DNA from: Takakia lepidozioides
Lineage: Eukaryota > Plantae > Bryophyta
Direction of reading: 5' to 3'
NCBI GenBank assembly: GCA_030704615.1
Contig: CM060731.1
Span: 14,446,001 to 14,510,000, forward strand
DNA: 64,000 nt
Shown: in pieces, positions 63,501 to 64,000 of the stretch
Layout: every line of letters begins with the position of its first letter
Position numbering within the stretch: the stretch's first letter is position 1
Translations under genes and position numbers: made by a program
Notes under the pieces: generated by a model
The model's input: the letters and a program-made list of their open reading frames with translations, nothing else
What the model was told of the DNA's origin: nothing
The model's database searches: none

Positions 63501-63974
63501 TCTTTGGGCTTCCTCTCTCAGTAAGTACTGGATTCATCAAGATCTACTAGTGGACTGGACAGGATCGTATAGAGATGGGTGACTTCTCCAGCCATTGCTG
63601 AGTGACTGAGGTTGTCCCAACATCATATACTTTGAATCAAGAAAATGCATTGGAACAGCAGTCTGCTGTGGAATAGTTGTTTAGATCTATTTTTATGGGC
63701 TACAAGTTTAAGCTCATGCGAGTTCCATCCTACTAAAAATGTTCTCAGGCTCAAAGGTAGGCCAGTCCAACTCCCCACCTCCTTCCTTCGGAGACAATGG
63801 CTATGTGAATGTTGACAACTACTCAAGTCAGGAGCCCACAAGGGCAGGCCCTCCATCTAGGGAATGAGGTTTGTAGTTCTCTGTCTGCCTAACACACACT
63901 TGCTCCTTCACCCAGAATTACCAGGATATTTGGAGGATGACTATGCCTGGGGCGCTCCTGACACGAATCTCTAG
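57598..63974 (+). CDS. OTU-domain deubiquitinase (plant OTU9-OTU12 group)
   Basis: DLVRWGLHLL..VANDAIIAQALQEEF | DKEVARRL..SIP | HIPRMNGVIP..DHQRLLDR | LRLYGLTEQKIKGDGNCQ | FRALSDQLYRSPEHHKFVR | GEWGDHVTLQAAAD | YGVKICVMTSFKDTCFIEI | ELYLSFWAEVHYNSIYP, each in GT-AG exons. Last exon 63916-63974 is less certain. Confidence 0.92.
58186..58425 (-). pseudogene. Ty3/gypsy retropepsin fragment in an OTU intron
   Basis: VSVLFDTCSTHNGISSQLIRKLNLP resembles the LxDSGATHNFI protease motif. Confidence 0.55.
60983..61035 (-). mobile_element. tRNA-derived SINE head in an OTU intron
   Basis: Reverse complement TGGCTCAGTGGTTGGGGCACA..CCAC..GTGGTCATGGGTTGAAAACC: a good A box and a degenerate B box; similar to 38025-38090. 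Confidence 0.45.
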
Positions 63975-64000
63975 TGAGTTGACTTTCCTCCTTCCTTGGT

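Overview
Eukaryotic nuclear DNA with GT-AG introns from a land plant, most likely a non-seed, bryophyte-type lineage (inferred from a Tcn1-like chromovirus and the PIF motifs). Five host genes look intact: a bHLH factor with a MYC_N-type N-terminus (14.3-18.4 kb, +), a Trp/Tyr-permease-family transporter (19.3-25.8 kb, -), a Lin0512-family protein (26.2-28.4 kb, +), a G-type lectin S-domain receptor kinase (32.3-35.0 kb, -) and an OTU deubiquitinase (57.6-64.0 kb, +). There are two TE-rich blocks. Block 1 (0-10.5 kb) holds an orphan PLPBP/YggS exon, a decayed and very divergent HECT E3 ligase gene, and a PIF-like fragment. The HECT gene is interrupted by a Ty3/gypsy chromovirus that carries an intact extra 3' ORF and a CACTA end in its 5' LTR. 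Block 2 (36-54 kb) holds LINE/SINE remnants and a mosaic repeat containing a full-length 11.2-kb CACTA transposon (41713-52896, GTG TSD, long inverted ends). The best candidate for a new system is in that CACTA. Its transposase is decayed and no TnpA-like gene is visible, but it carries an intact 395-aa SET-domain (lysine-methyltransferase-like) ORF in the apparent first intron of the transposase gene. An in-frame splice acceptor could join the transposase's Zn-binding first exon to the SET domain. All family calls come from motif recognition by eye. No searches were run, and coordinates marked ~ are approximate.
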